A DNA stretch of 64,000 nucleotides from the sequence record SRR20825019_1298; one strand, 5' to 3'. Each line of letters starts with the position of its first letter. The stretch's first letter is position 1. Positions 52,071-61,502 of this stretch are shown piece after piece. The notes beneath the pieces are model-generated. The model did not search any database. It saw only the letters and a list, made by a program, of their open reading frames with translations, and was not told where the DNA came from. Position numbers and translations under genes: made by a program.

Positions 52071-52180
52071 GTTCATTCACTCCATCATTCTCTATATACA
52101 GTTTTGGGGTAAGGCCAATTGCTGTTTGCAGCAGATCGCTTTTTCGCGATTATAGGCCCACACAAATTAGTTGCCACCAT

Positions 52181-52202
52181 ATTAGTTACATTGGAAACTA
52201 AT
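52181..52202. promoter_or_regulatory. Palindromic MarR operator between hppD and its regulator
   Basis: ATTAGTTAC-ATTG-GAAACTAAT; an extra half-site ATTAGTTGC lies near 52166. Confidence 0.7.
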
Positions 52203-52223
52203 TGCAAGGGCGTGAACGAGGAT

Positions 52224-52676
52224 ATGATGAAAAAAAACGAAGACACGCTGCACTTGGGGGACTTTCTACCGTACCGACTTTCGGTGCTCTCCAACCGCAT
52301 TAGTCGTGCTATTGCAGATGGTTACGAAGAACGCTTTCAACTTGGCCTACCTGAGTGGAGAGTTATGGCTGTTTTGGGTGGCGAACCTGATCTTTCTGCA
52401 GCGCAAGTGGCTGAACGCACTGCAATGGATAAGGTTGCAGTGTCTCGGGCCGTAAACAAGCTGCTGGAAAATGGCCGATTGGAACGTCACTTCTCCCCGG
52501 AAGACAAGCGGCGCTCTGTACTCGCGCTGTCCGAAGAAGGCCTCAAGGTATATCGAGAAATCATTCCCATCGCGCTAGGCTATGAGAGCCGCATCCTGGA
52601 AAAGCTCACCGCTGTGGAGCGTCAGGCACTTGCCACCCTGCTGGAGAAGCTCGAAGATATCCAGCTCCACACCTAA
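52224..52676 (+). CDS. MarR family regulator of tyrosine/homogentisate catabolism
   Basis: FLPYRLSVLS, EWRVMA, MDKVAVSRAV, DKRR; divergent from hppD. Confidence 0.92.
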   Translation: MMKKNEDTLHLGDFLPYRLSVLSNRISRAIADGYEERFQLGLPEWRVMAVLGGEPDLSAAQVAERTAMDKVAVSRAVNKLLENGRLERHFSPEDKRRSVLALSEEGLKVYREIIPIALGYESRILEKLTAVERQALATLLEKLEDIQLHT

Positions 52677-52688
52677 GCGGCAGAGTAT

Positions 52689-53738
52689 TCAAAGCGGCGC
52701 ATCTGCCGGATACCCAAAAAGGTAACCCTGAAGGTAGTCAACACCTGCACTCTCAAGCATACGTGCTGTCTTTTTGTCCTCGACACCCTCAGCGATTACC
52801 TTGATGTCCGACTGCTTAGCAGAATCGACGATATTCGCCACAAGCGTCCATTTACGACCATCCGTAATCAGGTCTTTCGTGAGCGACTTATCGAGCTTTA
52901 TAAAATCAGGTTGGATCTGGGTAATCGTAGCCAGATTGTTGAACCCTGTCCCAAAGTCATCAAGCGCTATCCTGATGCCTCTCTCCTTCAGGCGCTGGAC
53001 AAGCGCTTGAAGGGTTTCAAAATCTGGGAATTGCTGGCTTTCAACGATTTCCATAACAAGCTGCTCAGGCTTAAAACCATGCTCACCCAGCACAGTATCG
53101 AACCAAGCGCTCAAACCAGATTCGGTATCAATGCTATAGGGCAACACATTTACAAACACACATTCCTGCAAGCTAAACCGTCGCGCTGTGCGGACGGCGC
53201 TCTCTCCCGCAGCCATATCCAGCGCATAGAGCATACCTGCCGCCTCTGCTGTTTCAAAAAGTGCCGGCGCAGGGATTTCAGTTCCGTCCGTGTGAAGGCC
53301 GCGGACCAAAAACTCGTACCCCAGAACCTCGCCATGATCAGCCGCGTGCACAATTGGCTGCATGAGCGATTTATAGCGACGCTCAGCTAGCATTTCGCCA
53401 AGCCAACGCGCAGATAGGCGAAGACCTAATTCTTCAACAGATTGCATCGTACCGTATTCGCTCAGTGCTGGACGCGCGCTGGCAGAAAGGAGCGCCCGAA
53501 CATCGCGGCGCTCGGCCAAGGACAGTTTATCCTCAAGAACGGGCAAAAGGCTTTCCATATCGTCGGCCAAAAAGCAGACAACACCAGCCTCACCCAGCGG
53601 TACCTCAATAATGTCAGCGGAGGACAAAGCTGCACGAACTCGGTCGCGCAACGCAATGTCCGGGCACCAGAAAAACGCATGCCCAAGCCCGGTGACATGC
53701 GGATATAGTGAATCGTCAGGCAACACTCGACCCCTCAA
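52689..53738 (-). CDS. EAL-domain c-di-GMP phosphodiesterase (start codon uncertain)
   Basis: QPIV, EFL (EAL site), FVN, EIVE, ALDDFGTG, IKLDKS, AEGVE, QGY. Confidence 0.9.
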   Translation of the reverse strand: MRGRVLPDDSLYPHVTGLGHAFFWCPDIALRDRVRAALSSADIIEVPLGEAGVVCFLADDMESLLPVLEDKLSLAERRDVRALLSASARPALSEYGTMQSVEELGLRLSARWLGEMLAERRYKSLMQPIVHAADHGEVLGYEFLVRGLHTDGTEIPAPALFETAEAAGMLYALDMAAGESAVRTARRFSLQECVFVNVLPYSIDTESGLSAWFDTVLGEHGFKPEQLVMEIVESQQFPDFETLQALVQRLKERGIRIALDDFGTGFNNLATITQIQPDFIKLDKSLTKDLITDGRKWTLVANIVDSAKQSDIKVIAEGVEDKKTARMLESAGVDYLQGYLFGYPADAPL

Positions 53739-53771
53739 GCTGTCTGCAACTATTATGTGTCTTTTTTTTAC

Positions 53772-54737
53772 TCAAACACTTTTAACGGCAGCCGTAAAGG
53801 TCTCTTTCCAATTCTTATCGCCCTGCCCCAGTAGCAACGACAAAAGGATGCGGGCTTTCCGCCCCCTTAGTCCGCCAGATGGCAAGAGGCCCCGTTCGAT
53901 CAGGTCAATCTCGGCACCTTTATATCCGTATGTTCCCTCAAACACCCGGCCCGCCCGTGCACGTGATGCAAGAATCACAGGCATTACCTTGCCAAGCGCC
54001 TCGGCCTTATCTGCCCAAACCTCCGATAGGTGTCCGGCACCATAGGCCTCAATAACGAGACCTTTGTACCCCAACTCGATGATATTTTGGATCATGCGAC
54101 CGTCATCATCCAGCACTGCAGATAAGAGCGCCACCGGCACAAATTTGCCGCCTTTCATTCCGGCACCCATCCGAGCGTTCCGCCACCAGCGAACCTCGCC
54201 TTCCACCACACCACCTATCGGGCCATGTTCCGAGGTGAAGGCCTGCAGGCTAGACGTATGCTCCTTGGCAACCAGCCATGGGTCGTGCACCTCGCCGTTC
54301 ATCACCAGGCTAACGCTTCCCGCATCTGCCGCAAGAGCCACGAGGGTTGCGTCGTAAAGATTGGCTGGTCCGTCTGCACCGGGCTGGTTTGAGGTTCGCA
54401 TCGCCCCCGTGAAAACAAGCGGCTTCTTACCCGAATACAGGAGGCTGGCCAGAAACGCCGTTTCCTCCATCGAGTCTGTGCCCTGGGTTATGATTATACC
54501 ATCAGCCGATGATCGTTCCGCCATCCGGCATACTTCTGCGACCAACGAGAAATCCAGATTGGCGCTACCTTTCTGGGCAACGGTTTCGGCCTCGAAATCA
54601 GCCAGACTCTGGAGAGCCGGCACAGCCCTGATGAGGTCTGCTGCAGATAATGTAGGCGTGACCCCCGATTGATCACCGGGGGTCATCGCTATGGTTCCGC
54701 CAAGAGCGAAAACCTGAATTACGGGCGTCTTTGTCAT
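53772..54737 (-). CDS. Asparaginase/glutaminase family protein (cytoplasmic)
   Basis: GGTIA, TQGTDSMEETA, TGAMR, DGPANL, YGAGH. Confidence 0.9.
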   Translation of the reverse strand: MTKTPVIQVFALGGTIAMTPGDQSGVTPTLSAADLIRAVPALQSLADFEAETVAQKGSANLDFSLVAEVCRMAERSSADGIIITQGTDSMEETAFLASLLYSGKKPLVFTGAMRTSNQPGADGPANLYDATLVALAADAGSVSLVMNGEVHDPWLVAKEHTSSLQAFTSEHGPIGGVVEGEVRWWRNARMGAGMKGGKFVPVALLSAVLDDDGRMIQNIIELGYKGLVIEAYGAGHLSEVWADKAEALGKVMPVILASRARAGRVFEGTYGYKGAEIDLIERGLLPSGGLRGRKARILLSLLLGQGDKNWKETFTAAVKSV

Positions 54738-54761
54738 GCCCGTCTTTTATACTAATTGTGC

Positions 54762-55880
54762 TTATGCGCCAATAGCTTCTAGTGCGGGAACGTAATCAAG
54801 ATTCTGATCGCGTGCGACAGCTTCATATGTGATCTTGCCTTCACATGCGTTAAGGCCTTCAAGCAGATGTTTGTCATCCGCCAGCGCTTGTTTCCAACCC
54901 TTGTTGGCGATGGCAACAGCGTGACGAAGGGTGGCGTTATTAAGTGCAAGCGTAGAAGTACGCGCAACACCGCCCGGCATGTTTGCCACACAATAGTGAA
55001 CCACCTCATCAACAATGTAGGTTGGGTTTTCATGAGTCGTCGCCTTGGAGGTCGCGAAACAGCCACCTTGGTCAATCGCAACATCAACAAGCACAGAGCC
55101 GCGCATCATCTTGCCAATCTGCTCACGTGAAACCAGCTTAGGCGCAGCTGCACCCGGAATAAGAACCGCTCCAACAACGAGGTCTGATGCAAGAACATTC
55201 TCTTCAACAGCGTCATTAGTGGAGAATACGGTCTTAACCTGACCTTTGAAAATATCGTCAAGCTGCTGCATGCGGCGAATAGAACGATCCAGAATGGTTA
55301 CATCTGCGCCCATGCCAACAGCCATGCGAGCGGCGTTAGTGCCTACCACGCCACCACCGATGACCGTTACTTTAGCCGGCGCAACACCCGGTACGCCGCC
55401 AAGCAACATGCCCCGACCGCCCTGGCTCATTTCAAGTGCATGAGCACCAGCCTGGATAGACATCCGGCCTGCAACCTCTGACATTGGCGCGAGGAGTGGT
55501 AAACCGCCAAACTGATCAGTAACAGTCTCATAAGCGATTGCAATCGCGCCAGACTTGATCAGCCCCTGTGTCTGCTCGGGATCTGGAGCCAGATGCAGGT
55601 ATGTATAGAGAATCTGGCCCTCACGGAGCATCTCGCATTCTACTGCCTGCGGCTCTTTTACTTTGACGATCATGTCGGCTTTGGCGAATATTTCAGCCGC
55701 TGTGTCGATAATCTTTGCGCCAATGGCTTCATACATGTCGTTAGTAAAGCCGATCTCAAAGCCTGCGTTATTTTGCACAATAACTTCGTGGCCATTTTCA
55801 ATAAGCTCACGTGCGGATGCTGGCGACAGGCCCACCCGATATTCACGATTTTTAATTTCCTTAGGAACACCTACAAGCAT
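54762..55880 (-). CDS. ald: Alanine dehydrogenase
   Basis: [52 protein letters not shown] 55880. Confidence 0.97.
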   Translation of the reverse strand: MLVGVPKEIKNREYRVGLSPASARELIENGHEVIVQNNAGFEIGFTNDMYEAIGAKIIDTAAEIFAKADMIVKVKEPQAVECEMLREGQILYTYLHLAPDPEQTQGLIKSGAIAIAYETVTDQFGGLPLLAPMSEVAGRMSIQAGAHALEMSQGGRGMLLGGVPGVAPAKVTVIGGGVVGTNAARMAVGMGADVTILDRSIRRMQQLDDIFKGQVKTVFSTNDAVEENVLASDLVVGAVLIPGAAAPKLVSREQIGKMMRGSVLVDVAIDQGGCFATSKATTHENPTYIVDEVVHYCVANMPGGVARTSTLALNNATLRHAVAIANKGWKQALADDKHLLEGLNACEGKITYEAVARDQNLDYVPALEAIGA

Positions 55881-56060
55881 ACTGCCCTCCTCAAAAATAA
55901 TACTGATTGCCTGCATGGATGAAAGGCACCCGCCAGCCCTCCCTGCTTGACGGCGAATTTACTGCAAACAATGCAGAATGTCCTTGCAAAGAGGAGCGTT
56001 CCATCGCACATTTTCACAATAATAATCCTATTATGATAAATAATAAGCAAGATTCTGCGA

Positions 56061-56531
56061 ATGATTGAAATTGATAAGATTGATCGTGCGATACTGGACG
56101 CCCTCCAAAAAGATGGACGATTATCAAATGTCGAGCTTGCCAGACATGTAGGGCTTTCCGAAAGCGCCTGTCTGAGACGCGTTAAAAACCTCGATGAAAA
56201 AGGTGTCATTACTCACTATGCAGCGCACCTGAATGCAGCCTCGGTCGGGCTACCGGGATCTGTTTTTGTGAGAGTCTCACTTGTAGATCAGCAAGAAGAA
56301 AAACTTCGCACGTTTGAGGAATCTGTGCGTTCCGTGCCCGAGGTGATGGAATGTTACCTTATGAGTGGAGACGTGGATTATATGATCCGGGTTGTGGTAA
56401 AAGGCGCCCCCGATTATGAGCGCATTCACAACACGCTCACCCGCCTGCCAGGTGTGGCACGCATACACTCAAGCTTTGCGCTCAGGACTGTCCTGAAACG
56501 CACCCGACTACCCCTACGCTCGCAGGCTTGA
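56061..56531 (+). CDS. aldR: Lrp/AsnC family regulator, divergent from ald (AldR)
   Basis: DKIDRAILDALQKDGR...VGLSESACLRRVK...ECYLMSGDVDY. Confidence 0.85.
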   Translation: MIEIDKIDRAILDALQKDGRLSNVELARHVGLSESACLRRVKNLDEKGVITHYAAHLNAASVGLPGSVFVRVSLVDQQEEKLRTFEESVRSVPEVMECYLMSGDVDYMIRVVVKGAPDYERIHNTLTRLPGVARIHSSFALRTVLKRTRLPLRSQA

Positions 56532-56532
56532 T

Positions 56533-56949
56533 CTAATCCTGCTCAGGCTCGCCCTTTGGCGCCTCGCCCATAAGGAGAAGCCAAGCCTGCCCAATGATGA
56601 TGAACAGAGCACAGCCAGACAATATAAAGGGGTCGATATAGATCGCTTCGTTGAAGGTAAAGGTACCGCCTGAGATTTTCTTCCAACCCATAAAATTCTG
56701 TGACGCCGCGACAAATGCACCAAAAAAGGCAAGTACGCTCCCTACATACCTCAGTATCCAGTGCCTGAAGTTTGGCATCATCAAAATAATACCAAGTAGG
56801 CCAATCACAGTTCGCTGACTTCGACAGTAAGGGCATTCATATACAACCCCTGTGAGATCCACTGCCCAGGCTGCCACACCAATCACCAAGGATACAAAGC
56901 CAATATATCTAACATTATTGGCATAAAAACCCAGATCAAACACCTTCAC
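56533..56949 (-). CDS. Small DsbB-like membrane protein
   Basis: About 4 TM segments with ECPYCRSQR, resembling the DsbB C-x-x-C-x-x-QR motif. Confidence 0.65.
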   Translation of the reverse strand: MKVFDLGFYANNVRYIGFVSLVIGVAAWAVDLTGVVYECPYCRSQRTVIGLLGIILMMPNFRHWILRYVGSVLAFFGAFVAASQNFMGWKKISGGTFTFNEAIYIDPFILSGCALFIIIGQAWLLLMGEAPKGEPEQD

Positions 56950-57057
56950 GGCAATTCCTTTACTATCTTCAAGAAGAAATGCAGAATAATGAAGTCGCCT
57001 GAAAAATCAAGACATACAAACAGTATGGGCTTTTGCCTCACCAGGCCCTGAACACAC

Positions 57058-58074
57058 TCAAAGCCAATCAGGGACAGGCAAGTTCTTACCTCTCAAAAAA
57101 TCTGGGTTGAAGAGTTTTGACTGGTAACGCAGACCACTATCGCAAAGTAGCGTCACAATCGTATGTCCAGGCCCCATTTGCTTTGCCAACCGAATAGCGC
57201 CCGCCACGTTAATTCCGGTAGATGACCCAACACAAAGCCCTTCTTTCCGAAGCAGATCAAAAGCTATAGGCAATGCCTCTTCATCAGCGATCTGGAAAGC
57301 TTCGTCAATTAGGGCACCTTCGAGGTTAGCGGTTATCCGCCCTTGGCCAATTCCCTCCGTAATCGAGCTACCTTCTGCGCTTAACTCACCGTGCTTGACA
57401 TAATTGTAAATGGCGGCTCCCATCGGGTCTGCGAGAGCAATCACGATATCCCTGTTGTGCTCCTTCAGGCCCATTCCCGTACCAACCAAAGATCCGCCGG
57501 ACCCCACAGCGGTAATGAAGGCGTCTATTTTTCCATCGGTTTGAGCCCAAATTTCCTGCGCTGTTGTCTTGATATGAGCTTCACGGTTAGCAACGTTGTC
57601 AAACTGATTTGCCCAGATGACGCCATGCTGTTCACTTGCAGATAATTCCTCTGCCAACCGCTTCGCTACATGATTAAAATTACCCGGATTTGAGTATGGT
57701 GCAGCAGGCACAAGTTTCAGCCTCGCGCCCATAATACGAAGTGTATCTATCTTTTCTTGCGACTGGGTCTCGGGCATCACTATTAGGGTGCGATATCCCT
57801 TGGCGTTCGCAACAACGGTTAACCCAATGCCTGTGTTCCCCGCGGTACCTTCTACTATCAGTCCGCCAGGTTCAAGCAGTCCACGGCGCTCCGCATCTTC
57901 AATAATATTGAGTGCGGGACGATCTTTAAGTGATCCACCCGGGTTCGCATACTCAGCTTTACCAAGAATGGTGCAACCGGTGAGTTCGGACGCATATTTA
58001 AGCTTGATCAGAGGCGTATTTCCGATGCCCGCAAGTGCCCCAACTCTTTCTGTCATAATACTCTCCGCATACAT
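57058..58074 (-). CDS. cysK: Cysteine synthase A-like PLP enzyme
   Basis: IGNTPL, NPGGSLKDR, EGTAGNTG, NQFDN, VGSGG, EGIG, LCDSG.RY. Confidence 0.9.
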   Translation of the reverse strand: MYAESIMTERVGALAGIGNTPLIKLKYASELTGCTILGKAEYANPGGSLKDRPALNIIEDAERRGLLEPGGLIVEGTAGNTGIGLTVVANAKGYRTLIVMPETQSQEKIDTLRIMGARLKLVPAAPYSNPGNFNHVAKRLAEELSASEQHGVIWANQFDNVANREAHIKTTAQEIWAQTDGKIDAFITAVGSGGSLVGTGMGLKEHNRDIVIALADPMGAAIYNYVKHGELSAEGSSITEGIGQGRITANLEGALIDEAFQIADEEALPIAFDLLRKEGLCVGSSTGINVAGAIRLAKQMGPGHTIVTLLCDSGLRYQSKLFNPDFLRGKNLPVPDWL

Positions 58075-58471
58075 ATTTTCCCTCGTACCGCATCAGGTTA
58101 AAAAGAAACAAGATTCTTAATTGGCGAGGCGATGCAACATTTCAAGGCTACTTTCAAGACAATATAAGCAGAATGGTGGAATATTTTTTTAAAGAAAGTG
58201 AAATTTGCTCAGATACAAAATTGTATCTGTCCGGACAATTTTGCCAATAAACGGAAGGCAAAGCGTATCATAAGATCCAAAACTGCGGTCCGGCGCCCAG
58301 ACCATCGGCATACCTAAAATCAGCATAGGTTCAAGATGATACGCTATCCATCTGGCGCGCTAGAGAAGCGCACCAGTGTTCAAGACCTCAGGCATCCCTA
58401 TCTGCAGCATGGCATGCGCGAATGTTGAACCGAGCCCTTCCTCTACTTGAGCTGTAGGCGTCCAGCGGCAA

Positions 58472-60280
58472 CTACATGCCACCCTGCTCCTGAATTTCCG
58501 CTTTGCCTTCTTTAATCAGCTTGTTGATATGAGCTTCAAGAATGAACAGGGGCAAACCGCCATTTTCCAATACTGCGTCGTGGAATGCCTTGACGTCAAA
58601 AGCCTCGCCAAGCTGGGCGCTAGCACGTTCTCGCAATTCCACAAGCTTCAACTCACCCATCTTGTATGCAAGCGCCTGCCCAGGCCATGAGATATAGCGA
58701 TCCACCTCCGTACGAATATTGTGGGTCGAGAGTGCCGAGTTCTCTTCCAGCAGCTTTATGGCCTGATCTCGCGTCCACCCTTTAGAGTGGATACCCGTAT
58801 CGATAACAAGCCGGCAGGCACGCCACATTTCATATGTCAGGCGACCAAACTGCTCATAAGGCGTCTCGTATATATCCATCTCAAGGCCCAAGCGTTCGCT
58901 GTATAAGCCCCATCCTTCACCAAAGGCATGAGGATAGATACCTAGACGAAAGTCTGGTACGCCCTCTAACTCTTTAGAGAGTGCTATCTGCAGATGATGC
59001 CCCGGCGCAGCCTCGTGCAATGTGAGGGCTGGCAAAGTATAAAGCGGGCGCTTGTCCAAGGCATATGTATTCACCCAGTAATAGCCGCCGCGCGGGGCAT
59101 CCAGCGGCGCACCGGAATAGCGCCCGGTTGTATAGTTGGGCGCCAACACCGCTGGCACAGCCTCAACGCCATACGGCTGACGGGGCATCTTGCCAAACAG
59201 TGATGGCAGCCGTCCGTCAATCTTTTTCGCGATATAGCTAGCGTGCATAAGCAGTTCTTTTTCCGTCTTAGCGTAGAACTGCTCATCTGTACGCAGGAAG
59301 TTCAGGAATGCCGCGAAATCGCCCTCAAAGCCAACTTGCTTGATAATCTCTTCCATCTCGGCACGAATACGGGCCACTTCGGACCGGCCAATCTCATGCA
59401 CTTCATCAGCGGTCAGATCTGAAATTGTGGTGTAATATTGCACCATCGCTTCATAATATTCCGCGCCACCTGGCATCTCGGACGCACCAAGGCTCTCCCG
59501 TGCAGCCGGATAATATTCATCCTGCATAAAGTCACGAAGTGCAGTATAGGCGGGCATCACTTTGCCCATGATCACATCTTTTGCCCTACTGCGCAGGTCT
59601 TCCTGCACATCTGATGGCACCACATTGTTCATTACGGCGAAGGGTTGATAGAAAGGACTGTCTTCAGCTTTCTCCTCAATAATCGCGTCAAAACTAGGCA
59701 ACAAGCCGTCAAGCACCACCTTTGGCATTGTGAAACCTTCAGCAATACCTGTACGCAGGTTGGCTATATTCTCTTGCAGGTAACGCGGTAGATCTTCAAG
59801 GCGACGAAGGTGCGCCTCGTAGTCTTCGACCTTCCTGAAGTTTACAGACTGCCCCATCCGCACCGGCCATGTATGGAAACCGCTGTCGGAAAATAGCGGC
59901 ATACGCCAGGTACGAAACTTCGCCTCTGTAAGGTCGCTTTCAATCATGAAGCGGAACATGTCATAATTTAGCTGATCTTCCTCGGAAAGCTTGTCACGTT
60001 TGATTTTGTCTAGCGCCTTGAGGAAGCCTTCGCTTGTCGCTTGCCTACGCACTTGGTCGGCTGGCGTAACCGTTGGCATGTGGTCTGCTACAGGGCGCGG
60101 CTTTCCGCGCGGACCAGTGCCAGGGTTTTCCGCATAATGATGATCACGTTCTTTTTGAAAGAGAATATAGAGCGCGTCCGTCGCAGATTTACTTGGTGCG
60201 GCATAAGCACTCGCACTCATCAGCCCAACGGCGCAGAATAGCGCTACAACATGCTTTATCAGTTTTGGTCCCACGATCAC
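58472..60280 (-). CDS. DUF885 family exported protein (putative metallopeptidase)
   Basis: Signal peptide; LHEAAPGHH, EGWGLYSE, RACRLVIDTGIH, PGQALAYK. Confidence 0.9.
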   Translation of the reverse strand: MIVGPKLIKHVVALFCAVGLMSASAYAAPSKSATDALYILFQKERDHHYAENPGTGPRGKPRPVADHMPTVTPADQVRRQATSEGFLKALDKIKRDKLSEEDQLNYDMFRFMIESDLTEAKFRTWRMPLFSDSGFHTWPVRMGQSVNFRKVEDYEAHLRRLEDLPRYLQENIANLRTGIAEGFTMPKVVLDGLLPSFDAIIEEKAEDSPFYQPFAVMNNVVPSDVQEDLRSRAKDVIMGKVMPAYTALRDFMQDEYYPAARESLGASEMPGGAEYYEAMVQYYTTISDLTADEVHEIGRSEVARIRAEMEEIIKQVGFEGDFAAFLNFLRTDEQFYAKTEKELLMHASYIAKKIDGRLPSLFGKMPRQPYGVEAVPAVLAPNYTTGRYSGAPLDAPRGGYYWVNTYALDKRPLYTLPALTLHEAAPGHHLQIALSKELEGVPDFRLGIYPHAFGEGWGLYSERLGLEMDIYETPYEQFGRLTYEMWRACRLVIDTGIHSKGWTRDQAIKLLEENSALSTHNIRTEVDRYISWPGQALAYKMGELKLVELRERASAQLGEAFDVKAFHDAVLENGGLPLFILEAHINKLIKEGKAEIQEQGGM

Positions 60281-60384
60281 TCCTCCCCGGAAGTCCTAAA
60301 TTATTGTGTGCCGACAGCGTTTCCGGCCTTGAAACTATTTCTTCCATGCGAAACAATCGCGCGCAAGTCAAAAGGGAGGGATAT

Positions 60385-61434
60385 ATGTGGCTCAAATCTA
60401 TCGCAAAAACAGCTGCTATCGCAGCACTAACACTCGCGGGAGGCACCAGCATGGCCTCGGATAATGAAAAACCAGAGTATGCGCTCGTGATTCATGGCGG
60501 CGCTGGCACCATCACGCCAGACAAGCTAACACCCGAACTGGATAAAGAAATCCGAGGGACTTTGCTCAAAGCTCTTAGCACAGGACAGGAAATTCTCGCG
60601 TCCGGGGGCACGTCTCTTGATGCCATAACCGCAACCATTCAGGTTATGGAAAATTCCCCCCACTTCAATGCTGGCAAAGGCGCTGTTTTCACCGCAGAAG
60701 GCAAAAATGAGTTGGATAGTTCAATCATGGACGGCGCCACATTAAACGCTGGCGCAGTCTCAGGCGTTAGCAATGTTAAAAATCCGATCACCCTGGCCCG
60801 TGCGGTGATGGAGAAATCTGTTCACGTAATGCTGCAAGGGCACGGCGCAGAGAAATTTGCCGATGAACAAGATATTGAACGCGCGGACGACGACTATTTC
60901 TACACCGAATACCGCTGGGGTCAACTGCAGGATGCCAAGGCTAAACAACAAGGCCCCGTTCTTGATCATGACGGTAAAGAACATTCCAGCGTCGAAGACA
61001 AGACAGCGGGCGATTATAAGTTCGGAACAGTCGGTGCGGTCGCGCTCGACAAACATGGTAACTTGGCCGCAGGCACGTCCACAGGCGGTATGACCAACAA
61101 ATCACATGGCCGTGTTGGTGACAGCCCCATCATTGGTGCTGGCACCTATGCCAACAACAAAAGCTGCGCGGTTTCAGCAACCGGGCACGGTGAGTTTTTC
61201 ATTCGCGCAACTGTCGCCCATAGCATATGCGCGCTAATGGAATATGGCAGCCTGAGCCTCGAAGAAGCCTCAGACCGCATTGTCATGAAACAACTCGTCG
61301 AAATGGGCGGTGATGGCGGCATCATCGCCGTCGACAAGGACGGCAATATGGTTATGCCTTTCAATACCGCAGGCATGTTCCGCGGCAAGGTCAGCAGCGA
61401 TATCGAAGCGGATGTCTCAATCTATAAAGACTGA
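60385..61434 (+). CDS. iaaA: Isoaspartyl peptidase / L-asparaginase (Ntn hydrolase) with signal peptide
   Basis: IHGGAG, FNAGKG, autocleavage G-TVGAVA, TSTGG, RVGDSP, TGHGE. ATG 60385 after GGGAGG. Confidence 0.92.
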   Translation: MWLKSIAKTAAIAALTLAGGTSMASDNEKPEYALVIHGGAGTITPDKLTPELDKEIRGTLLKALSTGQEILASGGTSLDAITATIQVMENSPHFNAGKGAVFTAEGKNELDSSIMDGATLNAGAVSGVSNVKNPITLARAVMEKSVHVMLQGHGAEKFADEQDIERADDDYFYTEYRWGQLQDAKAKQQGPVLDHDGKEHSSVEDKTAGDYKFGTVGAVALDKHGNLAAGTSTGGMTNKSHGRVGDSPIIGAGTYANNKSCAVSATGHGEFFIRATVAHSICALMEYGSLSLEEASDRIVMKQLVEMGGDGGIIAVDKDGNMVMPFNTAGMFRGKVSSDIEADVSIYKD

Positions 61435-61459
61435 TCTCACCGAACATTCATGAAAGCTT

Positions 61460-61487
61460 AAAGAGCGGGCATTTGCCCGCTCTTTTT
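61460..61487. terminator. Bidirectional terminator between iaaA and the ZnuD-like receptor
   Basis: AAAGAGCGGGCA-TT-TGCCCGCTCTTTTT. Confidence 0.8.
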
Positions 61488-61502
61488 CTATATGACTAAG
61501 TT

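Noticed and set aside
58189-58326. 45-codon minus-strand ORF (MLILGMPMVW...) upstream of cysK
   Set aside because: No SD and no family resemblance; it overlaps the structured element.
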